A stretch of DNA of 64,000 bases, taken from positions 1 through 64,000 of the IMG/VR virus record IMGVR_UViG_3300032282_002092. One strand, written 5' to 3'. Of the stretch, positions 49,239-59,254 are shown piece by piece. The stretch is from a virus. The notes beneath the pieces were generated by a model. It was not told the origin of the DNA, did not search any database, and saw only the letters and a list, made by a program, of their open reading frames with translations. The translations under genes and the position numbers were made by a program. How positions within the stretch are numbered: the first letter of the stretch is position 1; each line of letters opens with the position of its first letter.

Positions 49239-50395
49239 ATGCTCGCCTTGTACGTTTGACCTCTCCAAGAGGCTCTACCTTGATGAATCGGAATCACTTC
49301 AACATGCCAGAAGCCGTCCTCTTCTTCCGTGACGACTGCCATGCCTTGCTGCCAATTCTCCCACCTTTTGAACGGTCGGCCGTGCTCATCCTCACCGGAT
49401 TTGGTGGAGGGGACTGGCCCGTCAATGCGACAGAGGCAACCGGGACTGAAGGCGACGACAGTCTCAGGATTGCCCCTGTATTCAAAGGTTTCGGTATGGA
49501 GAGCGATCCGGTGGATATGCCCTTGAACGAACGATTGCCTTTCGGACTTGGCTACCTTGACAACGTCAAGTTTCTCACCGTGGATTGCCCATAAGGGTGT
49601 AACACCGTTTCCACCCTCTGTAATCTGGATACGGCCCGCCGGGTACGCACCCATGTACTTGACACCAATGTCATCCAGTCGGAGTAAGTACGGGATTGAC
49701 AGGAGGGGCCATTCCTCGGGAGCGTTCGCACGCCTGAGCCGCATTGCGGCCATAGCGTTCTTTGCCACAGAGATCCCCAGCCGGTTATCATGATTACCGC
49801 CCAGCATGTAAATCTCGGCATCGGGAGCAGCCGCCCGCTGTTTAGCCAAGAACGTATGGGCGTAGTCAACGGTCGGCTGTGTCGTGAGGACAAACTCAGG
49901 CAGAACGAGGAACTTGGATGACCACTCTGGCAGGTCCAGCGTGTCGCCCAGATTAACGATTTTATCTGGTTTGATTTTGCTGGTAATTTGCAGTGCTACA
50001 TCTATGGCACTTTCATCATGCGTGGCGATCATCTCACCATCAAGCATGCGTCGATACCCAATCTGGGGATCGGGAAGGATCACCGTGATCTTTGTAGAAC
50101 GGTTGATCGGCGCAGCCTTTATGGGCTTGATTACCGTCGGTGCCGCTGGCTGCACTACCGGCCACTCTGGCCCGGTTTCCCATGAAGGGCTGAGAACAAC
50201 ACCGGCCATATCGACCGTGTGTGCCTCACCGTCTGCATCTTTGTAGAAGCCCTGCCAAATTTTGAGGGACTGGACCGCTCCGATGTCATCTACATCGATA
50301 CCGGAGCGTTCTAACAGAGAGGCTAGTTTGCCCAGACGTTCTTTCGGCGTAACGGACTTCGCTGCAAACTCGTCACTTAATTCTCCCACAGGCAC
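49235..50395 (-). CDS. calcineurin-like metallophosphoesterase
   Basis: LPDPQ, NLGDTLD, GNHD, IHG, GHIHR. Confidence 0.88.
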   Translation of the reverse strand: MPVGELSDEFAAKSVTPKERLGKLASLLERSGIDVDDIGAVQSLKIWQGFYKDADGEAHTVDMAGVVLSPSWETGPEWPVVQPAAPTVIKPIKAAPINRSTKITVILPDPQIGYRRMLDGEMIATHDESAIDVALQITSKIKPDKIVNLGDTLDLPEWSSKFLVLPEFVLTTQPTVDYAHTFLAKQRAAAPDAEIYMLGGNHDNRLGISVAKNAMAAMRLRRANAPEEWPLLSIPYLLRLDDIGVKYMGAYPAGRIQITEGGNGVTPLWAIHGEKLDVVKVAKSERQSFVQGHIHRIALHTETFEYRGNPETVVAFSPGCLCRIDGPVPSTKSGEDEHGRPFKRWENWQQGMAVVTEEEDGFWHVEVIPIHQGRASWRGQTYKASI

Positions 50396-50645
50396 ACCTT
50401 TTCAGTTTGTGTCGTCGCACGGAGAAGTCCGAAATCACATAACCACGGTTGGTCAACACGGTGGCGATCACCGTGGCCTTGATGTTCGGATTATCCAGTG
50501 CGGCTACCAAGTCGTCTTTGTCCTGCTCAGACAGTTCTGACAGAACCAGCCAAACAGAGCATTTGACCCTATTCGGACCCTTGCTGTTCTCACGGTCGAT
50601 CTCCTCAAGAAGACCTTCACGCTTCGATGTGTTCGCCATCGTCAT
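50373..50645 (-). CDS. small Cys/His-containing HTH-like protein
   Basis: C.V..., IA..L...GY.IS..SV.RH...C.C. Confidence 0.65.
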   Translation of the reverse strand: MTMANTSKREGLLEEIDRENSKGPNRVKCSVWLVLSELSEQDKDDLVAALDNPNIKATVIATVLTNRGYVISDFSVRRHKLKRCACGRIK

Positions 50646-52228
50646 CCCCTAAAGAAAGGACTGTCGTATACTTCAACTGTTGGAACCGTCTCGTGAATTG
50701 TACACGCACAGGCTAACGCCAAACTGTCAACATAGTCATCGTGAGCCTCTCGCTCATTCTCCGGTGCCTGTACGAGCATATATTGCCCCTTCATCACCTT
50801 TTCTACGTCAGTCATCTGCTGCCTGAAACGCCTCCAAACACGCGTTCGACGGGCTTTGGAATGGCCGGGGTATACGATCAGTCCTCGCTGTAACAGCGCA
50901 ATAAGGTGCTTCCAGCGCTCCGCTTGGTTCTTGGAGTCACTGTTGTACGGAATGACCTCGCACCGGCCCGAAAAAAGGCGCTTCAGACGGTCGGCTACTG
51001 CGGACCCCATGCCCTGTGCGTCCACGCCGATGTAGAGAATGTTGTACTGATCAAGGAATTCCATGATCTGGAAGTACTGCTCCTCCCATTCGGCGTTGTG
51101 AATCTCCAGCCAGTTGAGGATGCGGTGCTCACGGAAGCCAGCCGCATCCGTGTAATCCCAGTCCACCCATAGCACGGTTACAACCGTCGAATCTCGCACA
51201 CGGGCTGGGTCAATACCGACCACGACCGGCGTTCTCCACCACGACCGGACAAGTTGCATGGAGGGGTCACCGAGACGATCAAGGTCGTCTTCGGTGATCA
51301 ACATTCCTCGCTCAATCATCCATTTGAGGTTGTAGGACATCTGGAATTCTTCCGAGTCCTCACCTAGACGCAGTTTCTCCTTTTCGATGAACTTTGCGTA
51401 GGAGGCGTTGTACTTGCCGACCGTCTTGTAGTCGTACTCAAAGTGATTCTGGCGCTTTCTGGACTGAGAGCCACGGCGCTTGTTCAACTGGATTGCCTTG
51501 TAGAAGTCGCCAGTGTGATATGCCGGGGTCCCGATCTTCACGATGGTGCCTGCATAGGCGGCAAGCATGGGGTGGACGGACTTACGGATGACTTGGTCAT
51601 CTGCGGCCTGAGCCTCGTCAACAACGATGATGTGGTACGACGAACCCTCAATCTTGGCTCTAGGGTTGGCGGTCTGCCGTCGGCACATCGAACCCGATTT
51701 GAGACTGATCATCTTGGACCGACCGTCAGGCCGCTCATCGATTTCTGGGTCCTTGAAGATTTCTACCGCACGGTCTGAGGTCAGGCGCTTGACGATACGA
51801 CCGAACACGATCTCGCTCTGATCGTCCACTGGCGCAAAAACACCAACCCAGAGGCCACGGTTGAACCTTTCCAGCATCGGGAACGACTGCGCCAACTTGG
51901 GAAGCACCACCATGCATCCTGCGAGCACCGTGGCGAGCGTCTCGCTCTTACCGGACTGACGTGCCCAAAGGGCTGTGATCTCTTCAGCGTCATTGATTAC
52001 CAATGATTCGATAAGGCGATATGCCAGTTGACGCTGATATGGGCGCAGTTCAAAACCAGCAAGTTCTTCGCAGAAGACGATGATCCGCTTGATCAACTGG
52101 TCAACGAAATCCGCATCCTCTTCAGATAGTTCCATTTCCGGTTCGTCATCAAACGGTTGACTCTCGTCAGGACTCTCGTCCCACACGGAATCTTCTGGAT
52201 ATCCCAAATCTTCGATCATTTCAGACAC
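50642..52228 (-). CDS. terL: terminase large subunit
   Basis: LRPYQ, Walker A RQSGKS, Walker B IVVDEAQ, nuclease VGIDPA and HDDYVDS. Confidence 0.93.
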   Translation of the reverse strand: MSEMIEDLGYPEDSVWDESPDESQPFDDEPEMELSEEDADFVDQLIKRIIVFCEELAGFELRPYQRQLAYRLIESLVINDAEEITALWARQSGKSETLATVLAGCMVVLPKLAQSFPMLERFNRGLWVGVFAPVDDQSEIVFGRIVKRLTSDRAVEIFKDPEIDERPDGRSKMISLKSGSMCRRQTANPRAKIEGSSYHIIVVDEAQAADDQVIRKSVHPMLAAYAGTIVKIGTPAYHTGDFYKAIQLNKRRGSQSRKRQNHFEYDYKTVGKYNASYAKFIEKEKLRLGEDSEEFQMSYNLKWMIERGMLITEDDLDRLGDPSMQLVRSWWRTPVVVGIDPARVRDSTVVTVLWVDWDYTDAAGFREHRILNWLEIHNAEWEEQYFQIMEFLDQYNILYIGVDAQGMGSAVADRLKRLFSGRCEVIPYNSDSKNQAERWKHLIALLQRGLIVYPGHSKARRTRVWRRFRQQMTDVEKVMKGQYMLVQAPENEREAHDDYVDSLALACACTIHETVPTVEVYDSPFFRG

Positions 52229-52250
52229 TGTTGATTATCCTCTATAAAGT

Positions 52251-52445
52251 CTAGGCTTTCTTTGCCTTTTTGTCTTTTTCTACTGGGGCTTCGCCCTCTT
52301 TCAAGACAAACGGCCTGACCGTCAGTGATTTCAGAGAAGGACAGCGATGCACCGGTACGCTCGTCAGGCGTACCGGTGACTTGTAAACATTTGAGCACTT
52401 AGGACAGTGCCATATGCTGGAGAACTGATCAGTCGCCTTCGACAC
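52251..52445 (-). CDS. small zinc-ribbon protein
   Basis: WHCPKC...HRC. Confidence 0.5.
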   Translation of the reverse strand: MSKATDQFSSIWHCPKCSNVYKSPVRLTSVPVHRCPSLKSLTVRPFVLKEGEAPVEKDKKAKKA

Positions 52446-52728
52446 TGATCGTGACTTCCATCAGATTCTTCTTGAGTCGGCGCTCGTTCGCACGATAATG
52501 CTGATAGTACGTAGCACTCTTCGTACGACAAGCGTCCCCAAGGCACCCCTTCTGCCGTCGGTAGAGCGATGAACTCGTGCATTCAGCAGAGTCACAGTCT
52601 GGGTCCAGACCACAAACGCCAAGTTCCGACACCAAAACCGGCTTGGGTTTGCGTCCCGGTCGCTCTGTAAGCAGGTGGGCAATGGTTTGTTCAAGTGAAG
52701 TAATACGATCTTCTAACCCGTCAGACAT
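52429..52728 (-). CDS. Cys-rich hypothetical protein
   Basis: YRRQKGC..DAC...A.Y motif. Confidence 0.55.
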   Translation of the reverse strand: MSDGLEDRITSLEQTIAHLLTERPGRKPKPVLVSELGVCGLDPDCDSAECTSSSLYRRQKGCLGDACRTKSATYYQHYRANERRLKKNLMEVTISVEGD

Positions 52729-53125
52729 TCTGTGTAGTTCCCTTCTTACGTCCCGGCTTCCGACGCTGCAAATCCAAATCTTTTGCCATGCGACGCGTCG
52801 TCGCCAAACTTAACTGCATAGCGCTGGCGATGTCATCAAGAGACATCGTTGATTGCTGCCACAAAAGTTTAAATCGCTCAATCACCGTCACATCGACGTT
52901 CTTGCGGTTAGAGGTGAAAGAGGTATTTGGGGAGGTGCGTCGCTTGGTCTGGACAGACTTGACGGGCTGGCACATGCTGAGTACTGCTGCGTCAATGTCT
53001 TCCTGAGTCCAACCGGAACGGGTGAGTGCTTCGATTACAACGGGCTTCCACTGGTTACCGGCCCGACAGGCCAGAATCCGTTGGTCGTAGGAAATATCCG
53101 CTTCAGGATAGTTGTCAATGGTCAT
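52721..53125 (-). CDS. HTH DNA-binding protein
   Basis: MSLDDIASAMQLSLATTRRMAKDL; TATCTT 7 nt upstream of ATG within a TGCAAA..TTTGCA inverted repeat. Confidence 0.65.
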   Translation of the reverse strand: MTIDNYPEADISYDQRILACRAGNQWKPVVIEALTRSGWTQEDIDAAVLSMCQPVKSVQTKRRTSPNTSFTSNRKNVDVTVIERFKLLWQQSTMSLDDIASAMQLSLATTRRMAKDLDLQRRKPGRKKGTTQNV

Positions 53126-53138
53126 GTGTGCAAAGATA

Positions 53139-53396
53139 TCAACGATTTTGCAACAATACAACCCGTCGGCGTAGAAGTGAGCGGATTCCTGCCTGCGCAT
53201 CTGACAGGGCAGTGTCGCAGTAGTCCAGCATTGCTGGTGCGCTGACGGCGTTTGAGGTGCGGAAACTATCAAACTGCGCCTGAGCAGTGCCCAATGCCTG
53301 TTCAACCAGTAGGTATAACGTCTCCTCGTCCAGCCGGTCGAACCTTGAAGGTTCGGGGATAGACGGTGCTTTGGGGGTCTTCTTCAGCCGAATCAC
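53139..53396 (-). CDS. hypothetical protein
   Basis: GTGA coupling; helical. Confidence 0.6.
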   Translation of the reverse strand: MIRLKKTPKAPSIPEPSRFDRLDEETLYLLVEQALGTAQAQFDSFRTSNAVSAPAMLDYCDTALSDAQAGIRSLLRRRVVLLQNR

Positions 53397-53755
53397 TCCA
53401 GTTCACCATCCACGATCTCGTATCCGGTACCCCAACAGGCGGGACAGTAATCGTCTGGCTCCTCACCGCAGTACGGGCAGACCCGTACCTTCTCGCCCCA
53501 CAGAGAAATCTGCTTCGGACGGTGCTCTAGGTTCCTGCCACCGAGTTGTTCAACAAGATCTTTGCTGGGCGTACGCCTACATAAACCAATATGGAATGCC
53601 CGGTCCTTGATCCTAATGCGGATTCCAGATCGTCCAAACGACTTCCTGAATGGTGGGTCTAGTTCGACAAGCCATGCCAGCGAGAAGACCTTCGGATCCG
53701 TCGGTTCGTCCTCCTCGCCCCAATAAAGCGGACCAAAACCGTGTACCTCAATCAA
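53393..53755 (-). CDS. hypothetical protein with C-terminal Zn finger
   Basis: E.DPPFR..G.RIR; CPYC...CPACWGTG. Confidence 0.65.
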   Translation of the reverse strand: MIEVHGFGPLYWGEEDEPTDPKVFSLAWLVELDPPFRKSFGRSGIRIRIKDRAFHIGLCRRTPSKDLVEQLGGRNLEHRPKQISLWGEKVRVCPYCGEEPDDYCPACWGTGYEIVDGELE

Positions 53756-53768
53756 TTGTGTGCTCCTA

Positions 53769-54122
53769 TTAGCGGCGGCGGGAACCCGGTGCGCCTGTGT
53801 GTGTAGATGCTGCGGTGATCTCGTCCGGTGTCATGCGCTCATATGCATAGTCATTCAGGACAGCGTTGATTCGCCTACCCTTCGATACCGCACGGACAAA
53901 ACTTCTGAAGCCCTCATAATCGACCTCACGGTAGATGTAGCCCTCGTCGGTACCACGGTTGGTCCATCGGACCTGCAAAGCATGGTTCTTGTAGTCATAC
54001 CGATAATCACGAACACGGGACGACGCTGTAGCGCTGATCCACGGACCACAGTCGGTATCAATGCCGAGATAGCCCTGTGAAGACGGCTTAACAATTCCAC
54101 TGCTAGTACCTACATACGGCAT
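53769..54122 (-). CDS. KTSC-domain protein
   Basis: YD...L.V.W..G..Y.Y..V....F..F..A.SKGR.IN. Confidence 0.8.
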   Translation of the reverse strand: MPYVGTSSGIVKPSSQGYLGIDTDCGPWISATASSRVRDYRYDYKNHALQVRWTNRGTDEGYIYREVDYEGFRSFVRAVSKGRRINAVLNDYAYERMTPDEITAASTHTGAPGSRRR

Positions 54123-54145
54123 AAGGTTTCCTCTAAACTAGTGAG

Positions 54146-54397
54146 ATGGAGAGTGAACTGCAAATTGGTGTAGCCTACGACGGTGAGACACTTGGGATCA
54201 TTCTCATTGTACACGACGATGATACTGACTTCTCATGTGCCATGACACCATCTCAGGCCGGTTATCTAGGGACACGTTTGATTGCACTAGGCAAGGCAAT
54301 GGGCGGTCTGGAGGATGAGGTCGCTGGTATGCCTCTTGAACGTGCTGAGGCGTATATTGACACTTGGGTGAAGCGACTGCTCGCTGAGTACAACTAG
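54146..54397 (+). CDS. hypothetical protein
   Basis: TAAACT 6 nt upstream of ATG (leaderless). Confidence 0.6.
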   Translation: MESELQIGVAYDGETLGIILIVHDDDTDFSCAMTPSQAGYLGTRLIALGKAMGGLEDEVAGMPLERAEAYIDTWVKRLLAEYN

Positions 54398-54434
54398 TTG
54401 CTTTCCGTTCACAGGAGAGGATACACTGCCCCAC

Positions 54435-54944
54435 ATGGATCCGCAATTTGAAAAGGGTTTCATAGCCAAGGTTGAGCAGGACGAGGACACCGAGAAGTAC
54501 CGATTGGTGCTGAACTGGTATGACCACGACGCTGTTGACGAGGTTGTTCTTCCACAGGAGTTTGACTCTCTGGAGGAAGCGATGGTCAGTGCGAACCACA
54601 TCAGCAATGACGTGATCCAGAGTTGGGGTGATCTGGAGGACTTTGATAGCCCTGACGATGCGGATATTGACGGCATCCCACAGGCGCTCGCAATCCTCCT
54701 GAAGTTTGCCAAAGAGTACAAGAACGTCGATATTCAGGGAATCAAACGCACCCATATTCCAGAGGAACTACTGGAGGCATTCGGGGACATCTCCGATGAC
54801 TACATTTCTGGACTCCTGTTCGGCTTACCGATGGCGGTAGCGGCTCTTCCCTATCTAGACGATACGAATCTGGGCGAACTGAAGTATCTGGGTTGCCTCG
54901 CCAGCCTGCTGCAAGGGCTTCTCGCCCTTCGCAAAGCGGGATAA
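54435..54944 (+). CDS. acidic hypothetical protein
   Basis: TACACT 7 nt upstream of ATG; stop 8 nt before the tRNA. Confidence 0.65.
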   Translation: MDPQFEKGFIAKVEQDEDTEKYRLVLNWYDHDAVDEVVLPQEFDSLEEAMVSANHISNDVIQSWGDLEDFDSPDDADIDGIPQALAILLKFAKEYKNVDIQGIKRTHIPEELLEAFGDISDDYISGLLFGLPMAVAALPYLDDTNLGELKYLGCLASLLQGLLALRKAG

Positions 54945-54952
54945 GACTTCCT

Positions 54953-55034
54953 GCCCGAATGGCGAAATAGGCAAACGCAGGGGACTTAAAATCCCCCGTC
55001 TAACGACTTGTGGGTTCGATCCCCACTTCGGGCA
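54953..55034 (+). tRNA. tRNA-Leu (anticodon UAA)
   Basis: Acceptor GCCCGAA/TTCGGGC-A, anticodon arm GGGGA-CTTAAAA-TCCCC, long variable arm GTC/GAC, T-arm GTGGG-TTCGATC-CCCAC; CCA not encoded. Confidence 0.95.
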
Positions 55035-55038
55035 CTGA

Positions 55039-55665
55039 CTACCGTGGGTTCAGATCGTCTGGATAACCAGCGTCTGCCCAGCCCTTGTACAGAATTCCTA
55101 AGCGATCTACCTTGTGCTTGTCAAAGATGTACGACAAGTTGCCGGGAGTCTCCAAGTGATTGACAAACGGGATGACGGCGTTAAGCCTGACGGCATCCAT
55201 GCGCTGCGCAGGGAGTGCAGAGAATAGATCGTGGTGTTCCTGACCCGGAGGTGGTCCTACGTGTTCAACCTGACGACCGTATGCCATACTCATATCGTCT
55301 GCATACGTAACTGGAAGTATTGAGCGCTTGGGGATCAAGTACTGGTGCCAGTACTTGCGTTCAGGCCAACTTTCAAGCGTCTTAATATGTGGTGCCGTAA
55401 AGATAGTTCGGTGTGAGCCGACGTAGTCGTGAATATGTCCACCTGTGTACTCAAGACCCATGTTGGCAGCAATCCGAGGATCGTTTAACGCCTCATGGAA
55501 CTTTGTGCCCGGTGCCTCGTTCAGACGGCTTTCCTGCTCAATACCAAAGCCTGCGTCGTATGCTCCTGAATAAGTACTCAGGTGTGGTGCCATTTTGCGA
55601 TCTGAGGCATGCCAAGTAGTAATCCACTCGTCCCTAGTGGGAGCGGCAACATGTAAGCGTCTCAT
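55039..55665 (-). CDS. ADP-ribosyltransferase-like protein (His-type, ART-PolyVal-like)
   Basis: TWHASDR ... IPFVNHLETPGNLSYI; shares motifs with 56759..57451. Confidence 0.55.
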   Translation of the reverse strand: MRRLHVAAPTRDEWITTWHASDRKMAPHLSTYSGAYDAGFGIEQESRLNEAPGTKFHEALNDPRIAANMGLEYTGGHIHDYVGSHRTIFTAPHIKTLESWPERKYWHQYLIPKRSILPVTYADDMSMAYGRQVEHVGPPPGQEHHDLFSALPAQRMDAVRLNAVIPFVNHLETPGNLSYIFDKHKVDRLGILYKGWADAGYPDDLNPR

Positions 55666-56214
55666 TTACCGATTTCTCTTGAAGTCAAACTGTGGCTTAT
55701 TTGGATCTCCCAAATCCATCTTGACGACACCTTCGCCGGGATGCATACGGCTGATCAGCGGTTCTGCGGCGATGTATACCGGAATATGCACTCCTTGACG
55801 CATTGCTGCAACTGCTCGGTGGTGTCCGTCAAGAACAAGGTTTCTGTCAAGACCGATACCACCGATATTGTGTTTAGTCTGCGCAGCGATAACAGGCCGT
55901 AATACACCGTGCCTAAGCACTGACTGCTCTAAGTCTCTCATCTTGTAATCAATATTGCCGTTCAGTTGGTCGTCTGTAAGGTTATGCCAGTCAAACTCAT
56001 GCTGCGTTGGAGCAAAGTGGTTCTTAAATTCTAAGGGATGAAGGATGTTATGAGCACGAACCCAAATCTTGTCGCCGTGGTTCCAGAGCGGTGCCACAAC
56101 TGCGCGACGGTTGTTTTGCAATGAATAGTTAAAACGCTCCATATGCTGGGTATCACGCTTGGTAAGGCGGCTATCAAGAGGCACACCGCCGCTACGTGTG
56201 TTTAAGTAGACCAT
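55666..56214 (-). CDS. ParB/sulfiredoxin-like domain protein
   Basis: LEQSVLRHGVLRPV...VLDGHHRAVAA...IPV. Confidence 0.8.
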   Translation of the reverse strand: MVYLNTRSGGVPLDSRLTKRDTQHMERFNYSLQNNRRAVVAPLWNHGDKIWVRAHNILHPLEFKNHFAPTQHEFDWHNLTDDQLNGNIDYKMRDLEQSVLRHGVLRPVIAAQTKHNIGGIGLDRNLVLDGHHRAVAAMRQGVHIPVYIAAEPLISRMHPGEGVVKMDLGDPNKPQFDFKRNR

Positions 56215-56225
56215 ATGAGTACCTT

Positions 56226-56762
56226 CTAAACCTTCCTAGAGCGTCGAATAGCATTTCTTACCCATAATCTAGCATCTTTTAATTCATCTTTAGAAACAGG
56301 TTGAGTAGTGTCCATAAGATAACTAACATCTGCAACGCCTCTACCATGTACGTAACTTGACGGCCACTCTGGATTGTACCCAAGATTATTTTCTTGCCAT
56401 TCCGATGGGTCCCTATCGGGAAGAATAAGTCCGGCCTTAATGGCTCTTTCCACTAAGGGTCTACTGTTGCTAGACAGACTACTTGAGTGGGTAATTGGAC
56501 CTAAATCCTTGTACCTATTAAACAATAGTCCCAAAACCGTAGGGACATGAGTTCCGTGAGCCAGCGAACGGTCAGCCATGAGATAGTGAACCACAAGAGG
56601 ATCGTGCTCACTAACACTATTGCCGCTATCGGTTTCTGACTCAAGGTCAATCGTAGGGTGATACTCACCAACGTAATCAGTATAAACAGGAGTTTTGCTT
56701 ACTGCGAAAAACTGTGATCCACTCCTGTTGTATAAGTGGCGCTGTCTATACTCAATAGTCAT
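56226..56762 (-). CDS. divergent member of the GNAT-like paralog family
   Basis: VPTVLGL...LSSNSRPLV..A.KAGLILP...V.KDEL.DAR..VR; matches the 61615 and 62334 genes. Confidence 0.6.
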   Translation of the reverse strand: MTIEYRQRHLYNRSGSQFFAVSKTPVYTDYVGEYHPTIDLESETDSGNSVSEHDPLVVHYLMADRSLAHGTHVPTVLGLLFNRYKDLGPITHSSSLSSNSRPLVERAIKAGLILPDRDPSEWQENNLGYNPEWPSSYVHGRGVADVSYLMDTTQPVSKDELKDARLWVRNAIRRSRKV

Positions 56763-57451
56763 TTTTCATCCCAAGGCACTTCAGAAATAGTCCAACCGTC
56801 ATCTGTAACTTTAGTACTTGTATTCCTATGGCGACGCTGCATCTTACGGATGTGCTTGGTGTGATCACTCTCATGTACACCAACCCAGTCATTAGGCAAC
56901 GGTGTAGGTAACGGCTTACGAGCATTAACATGCATCAAGTTAAAAGCAGGCGACGGTACCAGCAGCGACAATCGGGAATAGGAACCGGGATGGATCCATT
57001 TAGGTACCTCTACATCGTTTTGGTACGCAATGGTCTTGTTAGCGCCCAGTGCCTCTACGGCCTCGTCAACCTCTTCGGACTCCCAGTCAGGGATATTTCT
57101 ACGGTTTGATGACGAAATTGCCGTCTTGGTAGGAACGCTGAATCCGTGGCGTTGAAGCATTACCTTCTGTGCAGCGTTTGCGGTCCAATCGGTAAACACG
57201 TTTGGGTGAACCTCAACGTGGTCAGCAAACTGTAAGGGGTTACTCCGGTACCCCTTTTCAAGGGAATGCTTCATGTATCGGGAAGTTTCTTCATAGCCAA
57301 CGTGCAAAAGGGGAGCATGGATGAACGTGCGGTACGGGCGATCAGAGACGTGGTACACACGCTCCTTGGGCAGGTACTCAAATTCAGTGTCATCCCAAGG
57401 TTCCTTGAAATATTGGAAACTTTCGGCAGTTCGGCGCAGGCTAATAGGCAT
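56759..57451 (-). CDS. ADP-ribosyltransferase-like protein (His-type, ART-PolyVal-like)
   Basis: VYHVSDR, LHVG, IAYQNDVE...GS...LS.LVP. Confidence 0.6.
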   Translation of the reverse strand: MPISLRRTAESFQYFKEPWDDTEFEYLPKERVYHVSDRPYRTFIHAPLLHVGYEETSRYMKHSLEKGYRSNPLQFADHVEVHPNVFTDWTANAAQKVMLQRHGFSVPTKTAISSSNRRNIPDWESEEVDEAVEALGANKTIAYQNDVEVPKWIHPGSYSRLSLLVPSPAFNLMHVNARKPLPTPLPNDWVGVHESDHTKHIRKMQRRHRNTSTKVTDDGWTISEVPWDEK

Positions 57452-57462
57452 ATGAGAGTCCT

Positions 57463-58947
57463 CTACAGGTTGTGCTTGTCCCAAAGTTTGTCAACGCTGT
57501 TGCGCGCCTTTTCTGCGTGCTCTTCCTTCAGACCCTTAGGAAGTTCGGGAGCGGGACCCATACCAGCACGGTGACGTGCGTATGCCTCCGCATATACCTT
57601 CTTTTCCTTATGAACAAGTTTTCCAAGCCACTCATGGACGACAGGATGTAGTTCTCCAGATACAGCACGTTCCTGAGCAGTACTTGCCTGCTGATCACGG
57701 TTCAGTTTGTCAATGTGAGCCTTGACAAGCCTTCCGTGAAGCGGACTGACACCCCAATCCGTAACTGGCCTGTTGTTCCTGCGCTCAGTCCTGAGAATAT
57801 CCGCTTGATGTTCTCTCCAAATAATAGTGTCTTTATATGACTTTTCTGAATTAATACCGGCAGCAAGCGCCTCTCCACGAGGAGAACGCTCCGGTGTGCC
57901 TGTGGGGGTACCACCGAACTGATCTGTCTCTGGCACAAGATCGGGGAACATGGACAACTGAACACGCTCACCATCAATAGCCTTCATGCGTGTACGCCAC
58001 TCATCACGGTGTGGGTGTTCGCCAGTCACAGGATCGGGATGAGAAATAGCGTGCATCAACATCCGCTGCGCTGCACCGATATCTGTGGCGATATCCCGCT
58101 TACCGTCAACAAGGTCACTCTTCAAGACACCAGCCAGCCGTGCGGCTCCGTGAGCAGTTGAGTCAGGAACTACCTTGCCAGAAGAGAAGGTTTCTGCACG
58201 AGCCTGCTCAAATAGTTGCGGCCCAAGTGCAGAATGGGTTGAGAAGTATTCAGGACGGTAAGCCCACTGTCCTTTACCATTGGTGTGAAGTAGACGATAG
58301 CCTTCAGCACTACCTTCTGCTACTGGAAGTGACATGTCGTGGATGGGAATAGACTCAAGTTCTGACAGTCCACCACCGGCCCGATAACGGGCTGCAAGTT
58401 GCTTGGATACATCAGAATGCGGATCAAGCGCTACACCCAACCTTGCCGACTTATCATTCTCAAGCATTTCGTGGCGGCCAAGGTCGTTCTGGAGCGAGTG
58501 CGCTGACTCGTGGACCAAAGCGCCACGCTTGTCATCCATAGAATCAAGCCTGCCAGCCTTATACCTAATGTTTTTACGGGCTGGATCGTACTGACCACCA
58601 GTATTTCTTCCTAATTCATGTGCTCCGTAGAAACGCATATAGTCTGAATCAGACTCACTGGCTACACGTACACCGGCTTCCTTGATATCTGCAAGAGGCA
58701 TAGTGCTGCCAGCAATAGCGTCCCTAACCTCGTTAGTTGGACCCATGCGCCCACTTTGAGCGTCATGCTTGTCAACCCATTCACCAATTTTTGATCTACC
58801 AATAGCAGCGTCATACCCATAGTGACTCTCAACAACACTTTTACGGGTCTGGGACGGGGTCATCAGCCCCTCTAGGGGCAGCACGTATTGGCCGTTGTCC
58901 TCCATATGAGGCTCATCGCCGCCGCCACGCCTTCTGCTAACGACCAT
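57463..58947 (-). CDS. zincin-like metallopeptidase domain protein
   Basis: GQYDP, LVHESAH, downstream PVAEGSAEGY. Confidence 0.7.
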   Translation of the reverse strand: MVVSRRRGGGDEPHMEDNGQYVLPLEGLMTPSQTRKSVVESHYGYDAAIGRSKIGEWVDKHDAQSGRMGPTNEVRDAIAGSTMPLADIKEAGVRVASESDSDYMRFYGAHELGRNTGGQYDPARKNIRYKAGRLDSMDDKRGALVHESAHSLQNDLGRHEMLENDKSARLGVALDPHSDVSKQLAARYRAGGGLSELESIPIHDMSLPVAEGSAEGYRLLHTNGKGQWAYRPEYFSTHSALGPQLFEQARAETFSSGKVVPDSTAHGAARLAGVLKSDLVDGKRDIATDIGAAQRMLMHAISHPDPVTGEHPHRDEWRTRMKAIDGERVQLSMFPDLVPETDQFGGTPTGTPERSPRGEALAAGINSEKSYKDTIIWREHQADILRTERRNNRPVTDWGVSPLHGRLVKAHIDKLNRDQQASTAQERAVSGELHPVVHEWLGKLVHKEKKVYAEAYARHRAGMGPAPELPKGLKEEHAEKARNSVDKLWDKHNL

Positions 58948-59019
58948 TAGAATCTCGTGTTTCCGGTAGACGAGTGACCTGCTGAGTTGTTACTCGTGTT
59001 GGGTAATTCGTATACGACG

Positions 59020-59241
59020 TTAGATCCGTCTACTAATGACGCCACTAAGGAACGACCTGACACGACCCTTGGGGATCTCGGGTCGGGGGATTCCGTGAGG
59101 GGATGCCCAGTCTTCACCTTCCTCCTTGGAAGGGCGCTGACCAGAGCCTTCTGGATACGCACCCTTAGGAAATGGGCGAGGAATGGGACCGGCGTGGTCG
59201 GCTTCCGTGTAAACATCATCATTGTCCCGATTATTAGTCAT
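59020..59241 (-). CDS. small Pro-rich protein
   Basis: TATCAT 7 nt before ATG; internal repeat IPRPFPKG / IPRPEIPKG. Confidence 0.45.
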   Translation of the reverse strand: MTNNRDNDDVYTEADHAGPIPRPFPKGAYPEGSGQRPSKEEGEDWASPHGIPRPEIPKGRVRSFLSGVISRRI

Positions 59242-59254
59242 GGTTTATATGATA

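Noticed and set aside
54204-54755. - strand ORFs across the + strand island
   Set aside because: The + strand genes have -10 boxes and lead into the tRNA
58947-59222. Alternative 91-aa ORF ending in TAATG at the peptidase start
   Set aside because: The overlapping 59020..59241 frame has a -10 box and an internal repeat, so it was preferred; not fully excluded
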